From Octopus vulgaris (taxonomy: Eukaryota), in the NCBI GenBank assembly GCA_951406725.2, contig OX597815.1:31186001-31250000 (forward strand): a stretch of 64,000 bases of DNA, written 5' to 3'. Position numbers and translations under genes: made by a program. The notes under the pieces were generated by a model, which was not told the origin of the DNA, did not search any database, and worked only from the letters and a program-made list of their open reading frames with translations. Shown here piece after piece: positions 42,306 through 55,527 of this stretch. Positions within the stretch are counted from its first letter, which is position 1. Each line of letters starts with the position of its first letter.

Positions 42306-44545
42306 CATATATATATATATATTTACACACACGCACATATATATATATACGTACATATATAGGTAATGATATATATATATATTTACACACACACATATAT
42401 ATATACGTACATATATAGGTAATGATATATATATCATTACCTATGCTTTCACTTTCATCAAGTCTGTTTAGTTACTTCCTCATTCTGTTCAGGTCTGCCT
42501 TAACTGACTGGATGATTCAATATACCTGGGCGTTTCCAGTCAGATTTGACAATTTGATTCAAACCAGCTTGATTACCACTTCCCGACGTTGGGTGGTAAC
42601 ATTACAAACCAATTATTTCGGAGAATTTTTTTACCTTCATCGTAAAAAATTCAAAACAATTTCTTACCCAACAACAATCGCTCTCGAACTTTCCCAATTT
42701 TCAGTCGCATTCATCAACATAATTATTTAAACAACACACCTACTTCATCAACCTGCCAAGAGACAACTCATAAAGTAATACATTCGTTGGGTGTATTTAA
42801 AGAATGCTAACCAACTGTAGTATTGGCGCTTAACATAAATCCTTGAGGAATAGCAGAAAACAGAGTCTCTAGAATAATTTGAACGTAGAAAGATACCTCT
42901 AAATGTATTACTATATTTAGTCAGACACTGTAATATCGAGGGTATGTATATTTACCGCTCCAAACTATGAGATATTAAAACATCTTTAGAAATAAACGAA
43001 AAAGTTTGAGAAAGTTAGCCTAAGTTCAATTCTGGTAAATCATGAACTGACTCGATCTATATCTTTAGGCGATAAAATCAAATGAACAATCACGTTCTGT
43101 TTATTTATTTTTTTTTTTTTTATTGTTTGCATCACATCTTTTCATTTCTAATCGATATTTTCCATGAGGATGATTCTCAGAAACTACAAATCTTACCACT
43201 CTTTTTAAACATACACGTACTTTCATATAGACAAACATATAGACGTTAACTCACTGGAAAACAGAAACCTACAAAAACTTCACACATTAAACATTGTGAA
43301 TTTCCAAAATCAAATTATATCACTTTTATCATGATATGTGACTTTCTAGCCTCGGGGAGACTGTTGTTTATTTTTAAAGACATCTCTGACCTTCGCATGC
43401 ATATATAACTCGGAAAACCAGATTCAAAGCTTGGTATCTCAAGCTAACTAACTACTCACTTCTTCCTGTGTCTCGTAGGAAATCGCTCAATGACAAAAGA
43501 GCTTATTGCTCTAGCCGCCAGAATAACAAAATTGACGCTATACAAGGGAATGAATTCACGTCTGAATTCCGAAGTCGAATAAACTAGTGCAAGATAGTTT
43601 TGTATACATTAAGAATCTAACTTGAGTTTGCTGTCAATACATGTACGTATGCGTGTGCATGTGGCTAAGGTGTGTGCTTGTGTTAGTACATGTGTGAAGT
43701 TTGCCAGTTATTTGTCTGTCAATCTGCTATTACATTCATCCATGACTTAATCCATTGATCTATACATCCAAACAACTCTCTCTCTCTCTTTTTCTCTCTC
43801 TCTCCTCTCTCTCTCTCTCTCCGCGCTCTCTCTCCCTCTTTTCTTTCTCTCACTCCTCGGCTTTCTTACATAATCTCTTTCTCTAAATATATAAATAAAT
43901 AGATATGTGCATGCATGATGTATGTATATGTAAATATGTATGCATTCACATGCACACTCACAGATACAGACACATACGTACATACACATACATGCATACA
44001 TGCATACATAAACATACATACATACGCATATAGACACATACACACACATACATGCATACATACATACATACATACATGCACACATACACACATATATACA
44101 TGCATGCATACATACATACACACACATACATACATACATACATACATACATACATACACACATACATACATACATGCATACATACATACATGCATACACA
44201 CATACACACATACATACATGCATACATACATACATACATACATACATACATACATACATACATACATACATACATACATACATACATACATGCATACATA
44301 CATACATACATACATACATAAAAATACCCGCACAGATATATACGGAGGAGCGAATGCGTCTGTGCTGAAGAGAAGGAATTAGAAAGTCAAATACTACTAC
44401 TACAAGTACTTCAACTATTTCTACTATGCTACTAATGCTACTACTACTACTACATCATCTTTTCCTCGTCTTCCTCCTCCTCCTACTACTACTACTACCT
44501 GATCTCCTCTTCCAACTCCTTCTCCTCCTCCTCCTCCTCCTCCTC

Positions 44546-44591
<46 letters not shown>

Positions 44592-44629
44592 AACTACTAC
44601 TATCAATAATAATAATGATAATATTTTTT

Positions 44630-44742
44630 TCTACTACATGCACAAGGTCTGAAATTTGGTGGGAGGTGAGGCGAGTCAATTACATCGACCCCAGAGCTTA
44701 CCTGGTACTTATTTTATCCACCCCGAAAGGGTGAAAAGTAAA
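44630..44742 (-). mobile_element. SINE family A, 3' part
   Basis: CACAAGGTCTGAAATTTGG...ATCGACCCCAG...CTGGTACTTATTTTATC. Confidence 0.75.
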
Positions 44743-45137
44743 TGATAATAAATATTACTAATAAGGACATTTAACACGTACAAGAATGTGTAAATGGGGT
44801 GGGGTGGGGGCTAAAAAATGTTGGGGTATGTACAACCGTGGTATATAAGAAGTGAAGGGAGGGATGAAAGACATTTTGAAACATCTAGGGCAAGTTTAAG
44901 TTTATGAAAATTCACAAATCAAAACACAGAACTATGTATTATAGATACGCGATCAATAAAACAACATACAGCTTATAGATCAATAATTAGGGAAAAACCA
45001 CCTCCAGATAAAGTGGACGCTGTACCTGCGTTCATTGAAAAGCATCCCAAGTTACTGAGCACATCAACCCATCAGTTCCCTTCATTCTTCCAAATTTTGT
45101 CAAGGTACCTCTCCACAAAATTGTCCGTAAAATTGTC

Positions 45138-45173
<36 letters not shown>

Positions 45174-45179
<6 letters not shown>

Positions 45180-45287
45180 ATCACGTGACCGACCAGTCCA
45201 TCAGATGTAGTTACACATCGCTGGTCACAATGCGTTCGCATTGTTTTAGCCTTCGAATGACGCCACCCCGCTGGCTAAGCGAGCAGG

Positions 45288-45292
<5 letters not shown>
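45174..45292 (-). mobile_element. Short structured repeat in (TA)n, probably a SINE/LINE 3' tail
   Basis: GC-richer 120-bp island with hairpins (GACCAG/CTGGTC, CAATGCG/CGCATTG, TTAGCC/GGCTAA), flanked on both sides by (TA)n. Confidence 0.5.
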
Positions 45293-45340
<48 letters not shown>

Positions 45341-45960
45341 ATATATATATATACAGAGAGAGAGACGAGAAAAAGGGAGAGAGATAGGGAGAGAGAGGAT
45401 GTGTAAATTTCCAGAAGCACTTTATTAAAAACCTATTCCGTCCACGTTCCCCGTAGTCTGCACCCATTTTCTCCACGACCCCACGCATATTCCTTACCAA
45501 AATGAAAGATCTGTAGACCATTCGTATCGAAGCGATGATGGATTCCTTCTTACAATAGACAGATGCTTTCCTTTGTTTGACTACTTTTGTCTTATCGAGA
45601 TCATTTTCTGGTCTTCGGATCCTCTTTGACTGTTTGTTCGTTCTCCTCTTCTTCCTTTTTATAGGACGTTGGGGTTTCACTACTGGCTATCATGGTCAGA
45701 CAAGGGGTATCTAGCTACTGATTCTCATGACCGTAGACAATGTTACTCGTTCTCTACCATCACGAGAGCTTGTAAATTTTAAAAAGTTACCTCATGTAAC
45801 TATTGTTGTAGCTGCTGTTGTCGGCAATACCTTACTTATCAATGTCCTTTCAACTTCTCAGCGTAAAAACCTCACGGGCAGTTCTTACAACCACGAATGC
45901 CGCTTGTCTCATTACGTTTCTATCTATGCCCATCCCAAGAAGCAGACACACAAACACACG

Positions 45961-46036
<76 letters not shown>

Positions 46037-47171
46037 TGTGTGTGTGTAAGTCCATTCTGACACTTCTTTACCCCCGCTTCGTGACCTCTGCGTAAACAAG
46101 ATGACAATAGACCAAGGATACTTTTATTGGTTCCCTTGACTGTCATCCTTGTATTTTTTTGACCCCTTATACTGGAACACAAGTGTATGGGCGGTGTATA
46201 TCTTTGCTTACTTGGAAAGTGTACTTTCTTCCCAAAACTCATGCAGACAGACCCGTGGGCACTGCCATAGTCAATGGACGGGGTTTCTCTACACGTGTCA
46301 GATAGGGCCTTCTTGCACAGCTGATCCATCATGTCAGCTGAGGGTCTCTTTGTATACTGAGGATCTCTTTGAATGCTAATGAACATGTTCAAAGAAGTAC
46401 CATCTCGTGTTACAGTCCAGACTATCATTTTCCAATGTGCTTCCTCAGAGAAAAGTAGGTAAAATAACTTTCCATGTGCCCCAAACTCTCGCTTTGCCTG
46501 CGAGCAAAACCTACCCCTGATGTTAGACATATTGTTCAGAAAAGAGGCGCCATCCGTGAGACAGTTTTCTCTACCTTTTTTTCCACGTATTTTCTTAGAG
46601 AAGCATGGGGGAAAGGAATTTTTCTCCTCTCCACGGCCTTTACTTGCCTTGTTACGAAAGCAAAAGTACTCTTATCTACAACAGCGTATATTCTTTTAAC
46701 GCTTTCGTTTGGCAAAACCCTATTGCTATAATTGTTGTTATTCGTGTCCTTGTTGTTTTTGTTGTGGCTGTTGTTGGTGTTGATTTGTTGGTGCTTATTG
46801 TATCGTTCAAAATGCCGTTTTTGTTTCCTGATAAAAGGTCATTATTTTTCCTTTCGTTCGTCTAATTAAAGTCAACTTGTTTTTGTCTTTTGTAATTTCT
46901 CTCTTTCTTTCTAGTTTTTGAGGTTGAATGTCAACATTGTTTATATTTGCGATGTAGGAAGATCTTGTCATTAGAGTACCAGTTGTCATGTTTGTACAAA
47001 AACCTCCTAAGGGAAAACAATATATATATTTGTATGAAATAAAACCAAAATCTTGAAAACAACCTGTTTGTATAACTTGAAGAAAACAAATTCTATTCAC
47101 TTTGACTTGTAAAATAGCCAAAATTATCTCAGCTGTCAAGAGCAAGGAAAAAGTACATATTACAAGGGCAA

Positions 47172-47308
<137 letters not shown>

Positions 47309-47321
47309 AAGAAGAAGAAGA

Positions 47322-47862
47322 ATTCAATTTATTTGTCACAATGGCGAAGGATGCGGGGGATAATACAAAGTCAGACATAAAGTAGGGGTTTTACATATGG
47401 TGAAATAATAAAAACAAATGAAAGTAAGTATACACGATATTCACTGAAAAAGAAAGCATATATGCATATCATACAAAGGTTTAAAACTGGTGGGGAGGAT
47501 GATAGAGATGTGGCCCTCCTGATACAAGAAGGCCTCTGGGGGATAATCGAGGAATTCCACTGTCCGAGGCTACTCTGAAACCCGAAGAGCGAGTGCCCTC
47601 CAGAATTCCTTCTCTCCGATTCACAGGTCTACACTTAGAGCAATACCATCCACTTTTGCCATTTTCGCAACTGTCACCCACTTTTAAATAAACTCACTCG
47701 AGGACAGCACTTCCCTTTCCACTCTCAATTTCCTTTTCAAGTGAAACTTGAAGAATTCAATGAGAGCTCTACCAAAGAGGAATGTATCTGTCCTCAATGC
47801 CTTTCAGCCTTGTCAACAAACAACCTCTTTCGCCACAGCGACCAGGCAAAGGAAAAGTGCCT
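47322..47862 (-). mobile_element. L1/Tx1-like subfamily a, 3' fragment between trinucleotide arrays
   Basis: Highly similar to 15560-15990 (CCACTCTCAATTTCCTTTTCAAGTGAAACTTGAAGAATTCAATGAGAGCTCTACCAAAG). Confidence 0.85.
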
Positions 47863-47870
47863 TGATAATA

Positions 47871-47929
<59 letters not shown>

Positions 47930-47999
47930 GGTGGTGGTGGTGGTGGTGGTGGTGGTGGTGGTGGTGGTGATGATGATGATGGTGATGATGATGATGATG

Positions 48000-48052
<53 letters not shown>

Positions 48053-48053
<1 letters not shown>

Positions 48054-48582
48054 GGCTCCTGATCTTCACTGATTGGAAGTGTTATCGTGTACATTGTTTT
48101 GTCTTCGTATAAAAGATGGGCTACAGCAAATATTCTGCTCAATACAACAGATTTGCTTGTCAGTTGTTTGACCTTAACCACTTGAGCATGTCCCTTAGTG
48201 GCTGAGTCTGATCATGTGCATCTCTAATCTTGAGTAGAAGTAGTGGGGGAGCATCATCACCATGTGTTGAAAGGAATTCTTAGAGGTTTGGATAATTCAC
48301 CTTTGGAAACATGGGTGGTTCGTTCAACATCCTTAAACAATCATTATTCAGAGACCTTTTGAGCAGGATAGGTTACTCGACCAGAAGAAAATTCTAACTG
48401 GGCTCTAGCTGCAAGGTCATGTGCTGTTTATCTTGATATGAGATCACCATGTCACGCACATATGGTTGTGATGCATGTGCCTAGTGTACCCTCATCAGAC
48501 GGGTAGTCATGATGTGTATACCCGGCTTCGCATATTTTACCCCAGTATCACCTTGATGGCATGCACTGCTCTCTCACTCAAT
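48053..48582 (+). mobile_element. Interspersed repeat B (longer copy) between (TAA)n and (TGA)n
   Basis: Homologous to 2264-2685 in the opposite orientation. Confidence 0.72.
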
Positions 48583-48583
48583 A

Positions 48584-48631
<48 letters not shown>

Positions 48632-48647
48632 GTGGTGATGGTGATGG

Positions 48648-48682
<35 letters not shown>

Positions 48683-48695
48683 GTGATGGTGATGG

Positions 48696-48748
<53 letters not shown>

Positions 48749-49013
48749 ATGATGATGGTGATTGATGATGATGATGGTGATGGGGATGATGATGGTGATG
48801 ATGATGGTGATGATGATGATGATAGTGATGCTGATGCTGATGCTGATGCTGATGCTGATGCTGATGGTGATGATGATGGTGATGGTGATGTGATGATGAT
48901 GGTGATGATGATGGTGATGATAGTGTTGATGATGATGGTGATGGTGATGGTGATGATGATGATGATGATCATGATCATGATGATCATGATGATGATAATG
49001 ATCATGATGACAG

Positions 49014-49046
<33 letters not shown>

Positions 49047-49065
49047 CGACGACGACGATAACGAT
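48583..49065. repeat. (GAT)n/(GGT)n/(GCTGAT)n compound microsatellite
   Basis: Directly visible. Confidence 0.96.
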
Positions 49066-49176
49066 CACAATAATTCAATACTTGATCTACTTAATACTTT
49101 AACAGACATTTCGACGTTGCGTAAAAACTCCCCGAGAAAAACATCTTTCTTTTTCTCATCTCTCTCACTATCGCTC

Positions 49177-49228
<52 letters not shown>

Positions 49229-49446
49229 CTCTCTTTCCCCTTCTCCCGCCCTATTTCACCTTATGTTCAGTCTCCCAACATCGGCTCATACGATGACACT
49301 CGTTTGAAATTGGTAACTTACCCACTTAACTTCATCGAAACCGATATTCCACAGAAAGTACCACCACAATCGCTACTGCTATTTACACTACTGCCACCAC
49401 CACTAACACCACCACCAGCAACAACAACTTCGCCGAAACCACTATA

Positions 49447-49493
<47 letters not shown>

Positions 49494-51244
49494 CACTACT
49501 GCTACTATTACTACAAGTAGTACGACCTACCATCGCCACCCTCTCTACCACTGCCTCAACTAAATCTCCTGAAGAACTACTGCGACTTGCTACCACTACC
49601 ATTACTACTACTACTACTACTACTACTAATAATAATAATAATAATAATAATAATTATAATGATAATAATAATAATAAGTACTACGACCTACCACCACCAC
49701 CACCATCTCTACTACTACTACTACTACTAATAATAATAATAATAATAGTAATAATAATAATAAGTACTGCGACCTACCACCACCACCATCTCTACGACTA
49801 CTACTACTACTAATACTACAACTAGTGCTACTACTACTACTACAACTACTACTACCGCCACCACCACTACTACTGCTACTACGTCTTTATCGATACAAAA
49901 TGATTCGGATGACTTGAGAACCTCATCAATGAAGCGAGAAGAATTTCCGTCATTCGATACTCCTCAAGTTAAAAATAGCTAAACCAATCAACTTCAAAAT
50001 CATGCAACTTATGATTCTTTTTTCGTGAGGTTGTTCTTGTTGTTGCTGCTGCCGCTGTAGTTATTGTTGTTGTTGCTGTTGCTGCTGTTGTTTTTGTTGT
50101 TGTTGAGAGTCTGTTGGGAGTTGTGTAGGTGCAAGATCTTTTGGTATTTAGTTGCATCCCTGTTTTTTGCCGGATTCACATCCCGATCACGTTGCCTTGT
50201 TTCTTGAGGAATTTTTTTGTCATTCTTCATCTTTTTTTTTTTTTTTTTTTTGACTGTTCTAATAGTTTTGTCGCTTGTCAATGGTCAACACTATGATTCC
50301 TTTTAGGGTATTCGGAATTGTAGAAATGAGGAAGTGGGTTATTTTTTTTATTATTTTTTTCCTTTTTTTTATATATATCGAAGACCTACAGTGAATCGTT
50401 GCAATATAGTCGGCTTCGCTAATGGTCCCCAACAGCCAAGTAATATAGTTTCATAATTTGGTGGATACTCATAAGTCAAATATTAAAGTTGATCGAATCA
50501 AATAGGGACTAAGTGCCAAAATTACAAAGCCGAGAGAACAGAATCAATAGGTCGCCGGACACAATGTCTTGTAAGGGCTTTAAATTCTGAGTTTCAATAA
50601 AAATCGGCAAGTATAAATAAATACTCATTCTATTCTGTCTATGTTGGTTATCATTATAGTTAAAATTTAGTTCCAGAAAATATCTTTTATCACCAGAGTC
50701 TGTAGAGCACCAGTCAAAATGTTGTGCATTCCTTCGTCGAGTTCCTCAGCTAAATCGCCGCGAAGGACAATTTTTTACTTTTTTTTTAACTACGGGAGTT
50801 GACGAGATAGTGTACAAGTCATATTGTAGATGTGTGCTAATGTACACATCTATACACCCTCTTTCCTACATATCACTCCTATGAATCATCATACATTATC
50901 ATCATCATCATAATCATCATCATCACCATCACCAACAGCAACAACAACAATAACAACAACAGCAGCAGCAACAACAGCAGCATTACTTCTTTTTGATTTT
51001 CTATAAGTGTTTTACTTGCTCTTTCGAAATTATTGGTTGTTCTCTTATATCCACCTATTCATTCATCCTTCATCCATCTACCTCATCTATCCATACGTGT
51101 GTGTGTATGTGTGTGTATGTGCGCGCGAGCGGGTCTCTGTATATGTGTATATGATTTATGTGCACTATATGCGTGTGTGTGCATATGTGTGAGTGTGTGT
51201 AGTGAGTGTGTAGTTAGGTAGTTAGATAGATAGATAGATAGATA

Positions 51245-51445
51245 AGTTTCTCTATTGGCCACACAGGGCTGCACACAGATGGAACAAGTTACAAGGTAGA
51301 GCTTTTCTTTTGGGGGATGAAAAAAAAAGGGTGGCGTAGGTTTTCGATCAAAAGGGATCGCAAAAGGGAAAAAAGAACAAAAAAAGGAAAAGAAAAAAAG
51401 AAAAAAGGGAAAAGGAACAAAGGAAAAGAAAAATGAAAAAAGAAG
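51245..51445 (-). mobile_element. L1/Tx1-like subfamily b 3' UTR fragment inside (GATA)n/(GA)n
   Basis: Matches 29620-29735 (GAGCTTTTCTTTT.GGG..GAAAAAAA...TAGGTTTTCGATCAAAAGGGATCG). Confidence 0.8.
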
Positions 51446-51447
51446 AA

Positions 51448-51560
<113 letters not shown>

Positions 51561-51567
51561 GAGAAAG

Positions 51568-51609
<42 letters not shown>

Positions 51610-51710
51610 GTAGATAGATAGATATCGCACACAAAATTTCGTGCACATGTAATGAACACCTCCACACATGCACACAGAAGTGCGAAGCAATATACAAACA
51701 AGATAATCAA

Positions 51711-52024
51711 TACAAGTAGCAACAGAGGCAACAGCTGCATTTGCAGAAATAGCGACAGCCACCAAGACTATAACAGCAACAACAACAACTACAACGGCAG
51801 CAGAAACACAACCATCAGCAACATCAACAGGGGTCTGTGAGATAAGCTTTGTAAGGCCGCTCGATCTGCTAGAAAGAGTAGTCGAACTCACCTCCGAAAA
51901 TACTCCTGTAGTCTTTATAAATAGAGTACCTAAGAATAAGCCGCGAGGGTTTCTTGGTTGGAACGCTTTGATCTGACATGTACTAAATTATAGTTGACTT
52001 GTATATATATATATGTATGTATAT

Positions 52025-52055
<31 letters not shown>

Positions 52056-52066
52056 ATATATGTATG

Positions 52067-52133
<67 letters not shown>

Positions 52134-53211
52134 TAGGACAGGGCAGGGTGGTGGGGGTGTTACTGTTGCATTTAGCCCAGGCGAACATCGACGTCACCAG
52201 AAAGGCTCGACACCGTCACGGTGCCCTTAACCGCAAGGGAGGTATCCCGATGAAGGGAAAACACACGGACCATGGTTTCAAGGTGTATTGCCTATCATCG
52301 GCGTGTGGTAGGCCTCCGCTTCCTCGACGAATTCTCACTCTGCAGGATTTTCTTATATAGATTTTCATGCAAATACATTTGCTGATTTCGAAAATCTGTT
52401 CGAAAGCAATAATAATCTCTAAAAGGGATATAGACAGTAACTGCTCGATAACATAAGGACTAAAGCCATCTGAATATGGCTAGGGACAGGCAGGGTGGTG
52501 GGGGTGTTACTGTTGCATTTAGCCCAGGCGAACATCGACGTCACCAGAAAGGCTCGACACCGTCACGGTGCCCTTAACCTGCAAAGGAGGTAATTCCCCG
52601 ATGAAGCGGAAACCACACACGGACCATGGTTTCAAGGTGTATTGCCTATCATCGGCGATCAAAGCGTTCCAACAAGAAACCCTCGCGGCTTATTCTTAGG
52701 TACTCTATTTATAAAGACTACAGGAGTATTTTCGGAGGTGAGTTCGACTACTCTTTCTAGCAGATCGAGCGGCCTTACAAAGCTTATCTCACAGACCCCT
52801 GTTGATGTTGCTGATGGTTGTGTTTCTGCTGCCGTTGTAGTTGTTGTTGTTGCTGTTATAGTCTTGGTGGCTGTCGCTATTTCTGCAAATGCAGCTGTTG
52901 CCTCTGTTGCTACTTGTAACCAGAGTGAGAATTCGTCGAGGAAGCGGAGGCCTACACACGCCGATGATAGGCAATACACCTTGAAACCATGGTCCGTGTG
53001 TGGTTTCCGCTTCATCGGGAATTACCTCCTTGCAGGTTAAGGGCACCGTGACGGTGTCGAGCCTTTCTGGTGACGTCGATGTTCGCCTGGGGCTAAATGC
53101 AACAGTAACACCCCCACCACCTGCCTGTCCCTAGCCATATTCAGATGGCTTTAGTCCCTTATGTTATCGAGCAGTTACTGTCTATATCCCTTTTAGAGAA
53201 TTATTATTGCT
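51711..53211. mobile_element. Rearranged cluster of an HHR-bearing Penelope-like/retrozyme-like element (tandem and inverted partial copies)
   Basis: 51711-51973 is the inverse of 52657-52918. 52126-52342 and 52405-52657 are tandem copies, inverse to 52921-53140 and 52959-53211. Confidence 0.85.
52954..53001 (+). ncRNA. Type I hammerhead ribozyme motif (copies on minus strand at 52262-52307 and, truncated, 52615-52657)
   Basis: ACACACG-CCGAUGA-UAGG CAAUACA CCUU-GAAACCAUGGUC-CGUGUGU: 7-bp stem I, palindromic stem III ACCAUGGU, GUC site. Stem I extends by GAAGCGGA/UCCGCUUC. Confidence 0.82.
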
Positions 53212-53234
53212 ATATATATATATATATATATATA

Positions 53235-53439
53235 AAGTTAATCCAAACAAAAAGCACAAAAAAAACCACAACCACACGAGGATGTGGAACAAATATAGTA
53301 TTATTGGACGCTCAGGAAAGAAGGAAAAAAGGAGGGTTTAACCTTTCGAGCGGAGCTCTTCGTCGGAAACATAGGAGAAGGAAAGATCCAGAGAAGGGAA
53401 GACAGAGGGGAAAAAAATCGCCAACGGTACACACGCGGT

Positions 53440-53442
<3 letters not shown>
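53235..53442 (-). mobile_element. Penelope-like pLTR fragment in (TA)n with HHR motif at 53336-53370
   Basis: Minus strand GUUU-CCGACGA-AGAGC UCC GCUC-GAAAGGUU-AAAC; architecture like 9045-9265. Confidence 0.7.
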
Positions 53443-53510
<68 letters not shown>

Positions 53511-53877
53511 TGTTGTATTTCGGAATGGTTATTTTGCCAGTTTAGCCAATAAATATATACATATATAAATATATACATACATGCTTACATACATATATAA
53601 TCTTCATCACTCTCTCTGATAAAGGTCACTAAACCGAAATTTCGAAGTTACTGTCGAGTCGAATTTTTCAATGTAAAAATAAATAAAAATAGAATATTCT
53701 ACTTAGAGGGATTGAATGATGTCTCATTTAATGTTTGGCTGATTAATTACTTAACTATACAAAAAAGAAATTAATATATATACATATATACATATGTGTG
53801 TATATATATACATATATATATATATATACATATGTGTGTGTGTGTGTGCATGTATGTGTGTGTGTGTTTGTGTGTGT

Positions 53878-53921
<44 letters not shown>

Positions 53922-53959
53922 GTGTGTGTGTTGAAGGTTGAAAAGGAACACACGAGGTG

Positions 53960-54208
53960 ATATATATATGGAAAAAAGTCAAGGTAGAAAATGCTAAGAT
54001 AATTTTATAAAAAAAACATTTGATTAGTGGTCATTGAGACTTTTTCAATTGTAAGTATGGAAAACAAATTTGGGAAAAATTTTCCCAAATTTAATTGTTT
54101 TCTATACTTACTGTTGAAAAAGTCTCAGTGACCGAAACCGGTACCGAAATGTCTCTTATAAAGTTATTTTAGCATTTTCTTCCTTCACTTTTTTTCCATA
54201 TATATATA
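53960..54208. repeat. ~250-bp imperfect spacer-less palindrome (older inverted pLTR-like duplication)
   Basis: ATGGAAAAAAGTCAAGGTAGAAAATGCTAA.../...TTAGCATTTTCTTCCTTCACTTTTTTTCCAT and GGTCATTGAGACTTTTTCAA/TTGAAAAAGTCTCAGTGACC; centre ~54079. Confidence 0.85.
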
Positions 54209-54225
54209 TGTGTGTGTGTGTGTGA

Positions 54226-54288
<63 letters not shown>

Positions 54289-54299
54289 GCTATCTTCAA

Positions 54300-54745
54300 T
54301 TTGGATTTCATACCGAGAGTGATGAAGTGACTGAAAGTGTGCAGTTGTGAATGCAAGCGACCGAAATGGGGTTCCTCAGATGGATCGCTGGAGTAACGTT
54401 CCTCGACAGAGTGATTAGATAGGAGATCATGGTGTCTCTCCCGGTCGAGGCGCTACGTTTCCTCATGGGAAGGTCACCGCTCCGCTGCTACGGACATGCA
54501 ATTAGAATGTCGCAGGAAAGATAGCAGGACGAATTCTTTCAACCGTGCCAAATGGCAGAGAACCTAATGATGGATCAAGAAGGAGATGGTTGGATAATAT
54601 CCATTGTTTTAGTTTAGTCATGCTTGGGAATCCATGCTTGAGAAAGTTTAATGATGACTACTTCTGATCTATGGAGGCGGTGGCTGAGGTTTCCTAGTCT
54701 CACGACCTTCCCAGGAAGAGTGGGCGAAAAAAAGGGACCGATGGA
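54300..54745 (+). mobile_element. RTE-clade (Expander/Rex3-like) LINE 3' fragment
   Basis: MQATEMGFLRWIAGVTFLDRV...LRCYGHAIRM...RRRWLDNI motifs; stops present. Confidence 0.8.
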
Positions 54746-55527
54746 GTAGTGGAATATGAACGGAATGCTGCATTATCTTATCCATTTGGAATATAATTTG
54801 AACTAATTCCTCTTGCATGGGGTTTTAATAGCTAAACTCATTAATTAGCCGATTGTTTTCTTACTAGTCTAACTTGTTAGAGCTGGCGGGGATGATTGTC
54901 TCCCCTTTGCAAATATAAGGACACAGAAAATGTGTCAAAACCGACAGGAGACGTCGATGTTTCCTAGGGCTAAATGGCGGTGGTGTAATTCCCTTTCGGG
55001 ACTGTCACATTGAGTTGACGGTATACGACCACTATATTCTAACACAACATCTCATTTAATAAATTCACACGTTCTGATGAAATGTGGGTATTTTCTGTAT
55101 TTCTTCTTTAAATGGTCCTCTCTCTCTCTTCTTCTTCTTTTCACTGACAACCTTATATCTGAGCATTGGCATATGGGGTTCGAATGTCACTACTATCGCT
55201 TTTGATTAGTCTGTCTCTATATTCTGTCAAACTACGTTATCTAGCTTCGTTGAAGAAGATAACCTACAGACTTCTTGCCTATATCCCTCATCACCGACGA
55301 AGTGTCTCTTGCTGGATCTTAAAGTTTTATTACCGAGTAACCCAATCGCTTTTATCGTTTCTATTATTGTTAATGTTGCCGAGACCCTACTGGTAATCGT
55401 CTCTGCGTACGCTGGGTTTTTATTACGATCTAGTATTTTATTATTGCCTATTACTGCCATTAATATCATTGTTTTCCTTATTCTTATCATCATTGTTGTT
55501 GCTGTTTTCATCATTATTATCGAGACA

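Noticed and set aside
52495-52535. Superficial similarity of GGGGTGTTACTGTTGCATTTAGCCCAGGCG to twister/pistol ribozyme cores
   Set aside because: I could not place the required pseudoknots or conserved residues by eye, so it is kept only as an unnamed motif.
52598-52634. Possible second hammerhead on the opposite strand (CCGAUGA-AGCG-GAAAC...GUU)
   Set aside because: There is no stem II or stem I pairing; the segment is better explained as the complement of the extended helix I of the real motif.
52642-53046. ORFs of 85-132 aa within the HHR element
   Set aside because: They are open on both strands partly because of a CAA/GCA low-complexity tract. There are no RT or GIY-YIG motifs, and copies differ by frameshifting indels.
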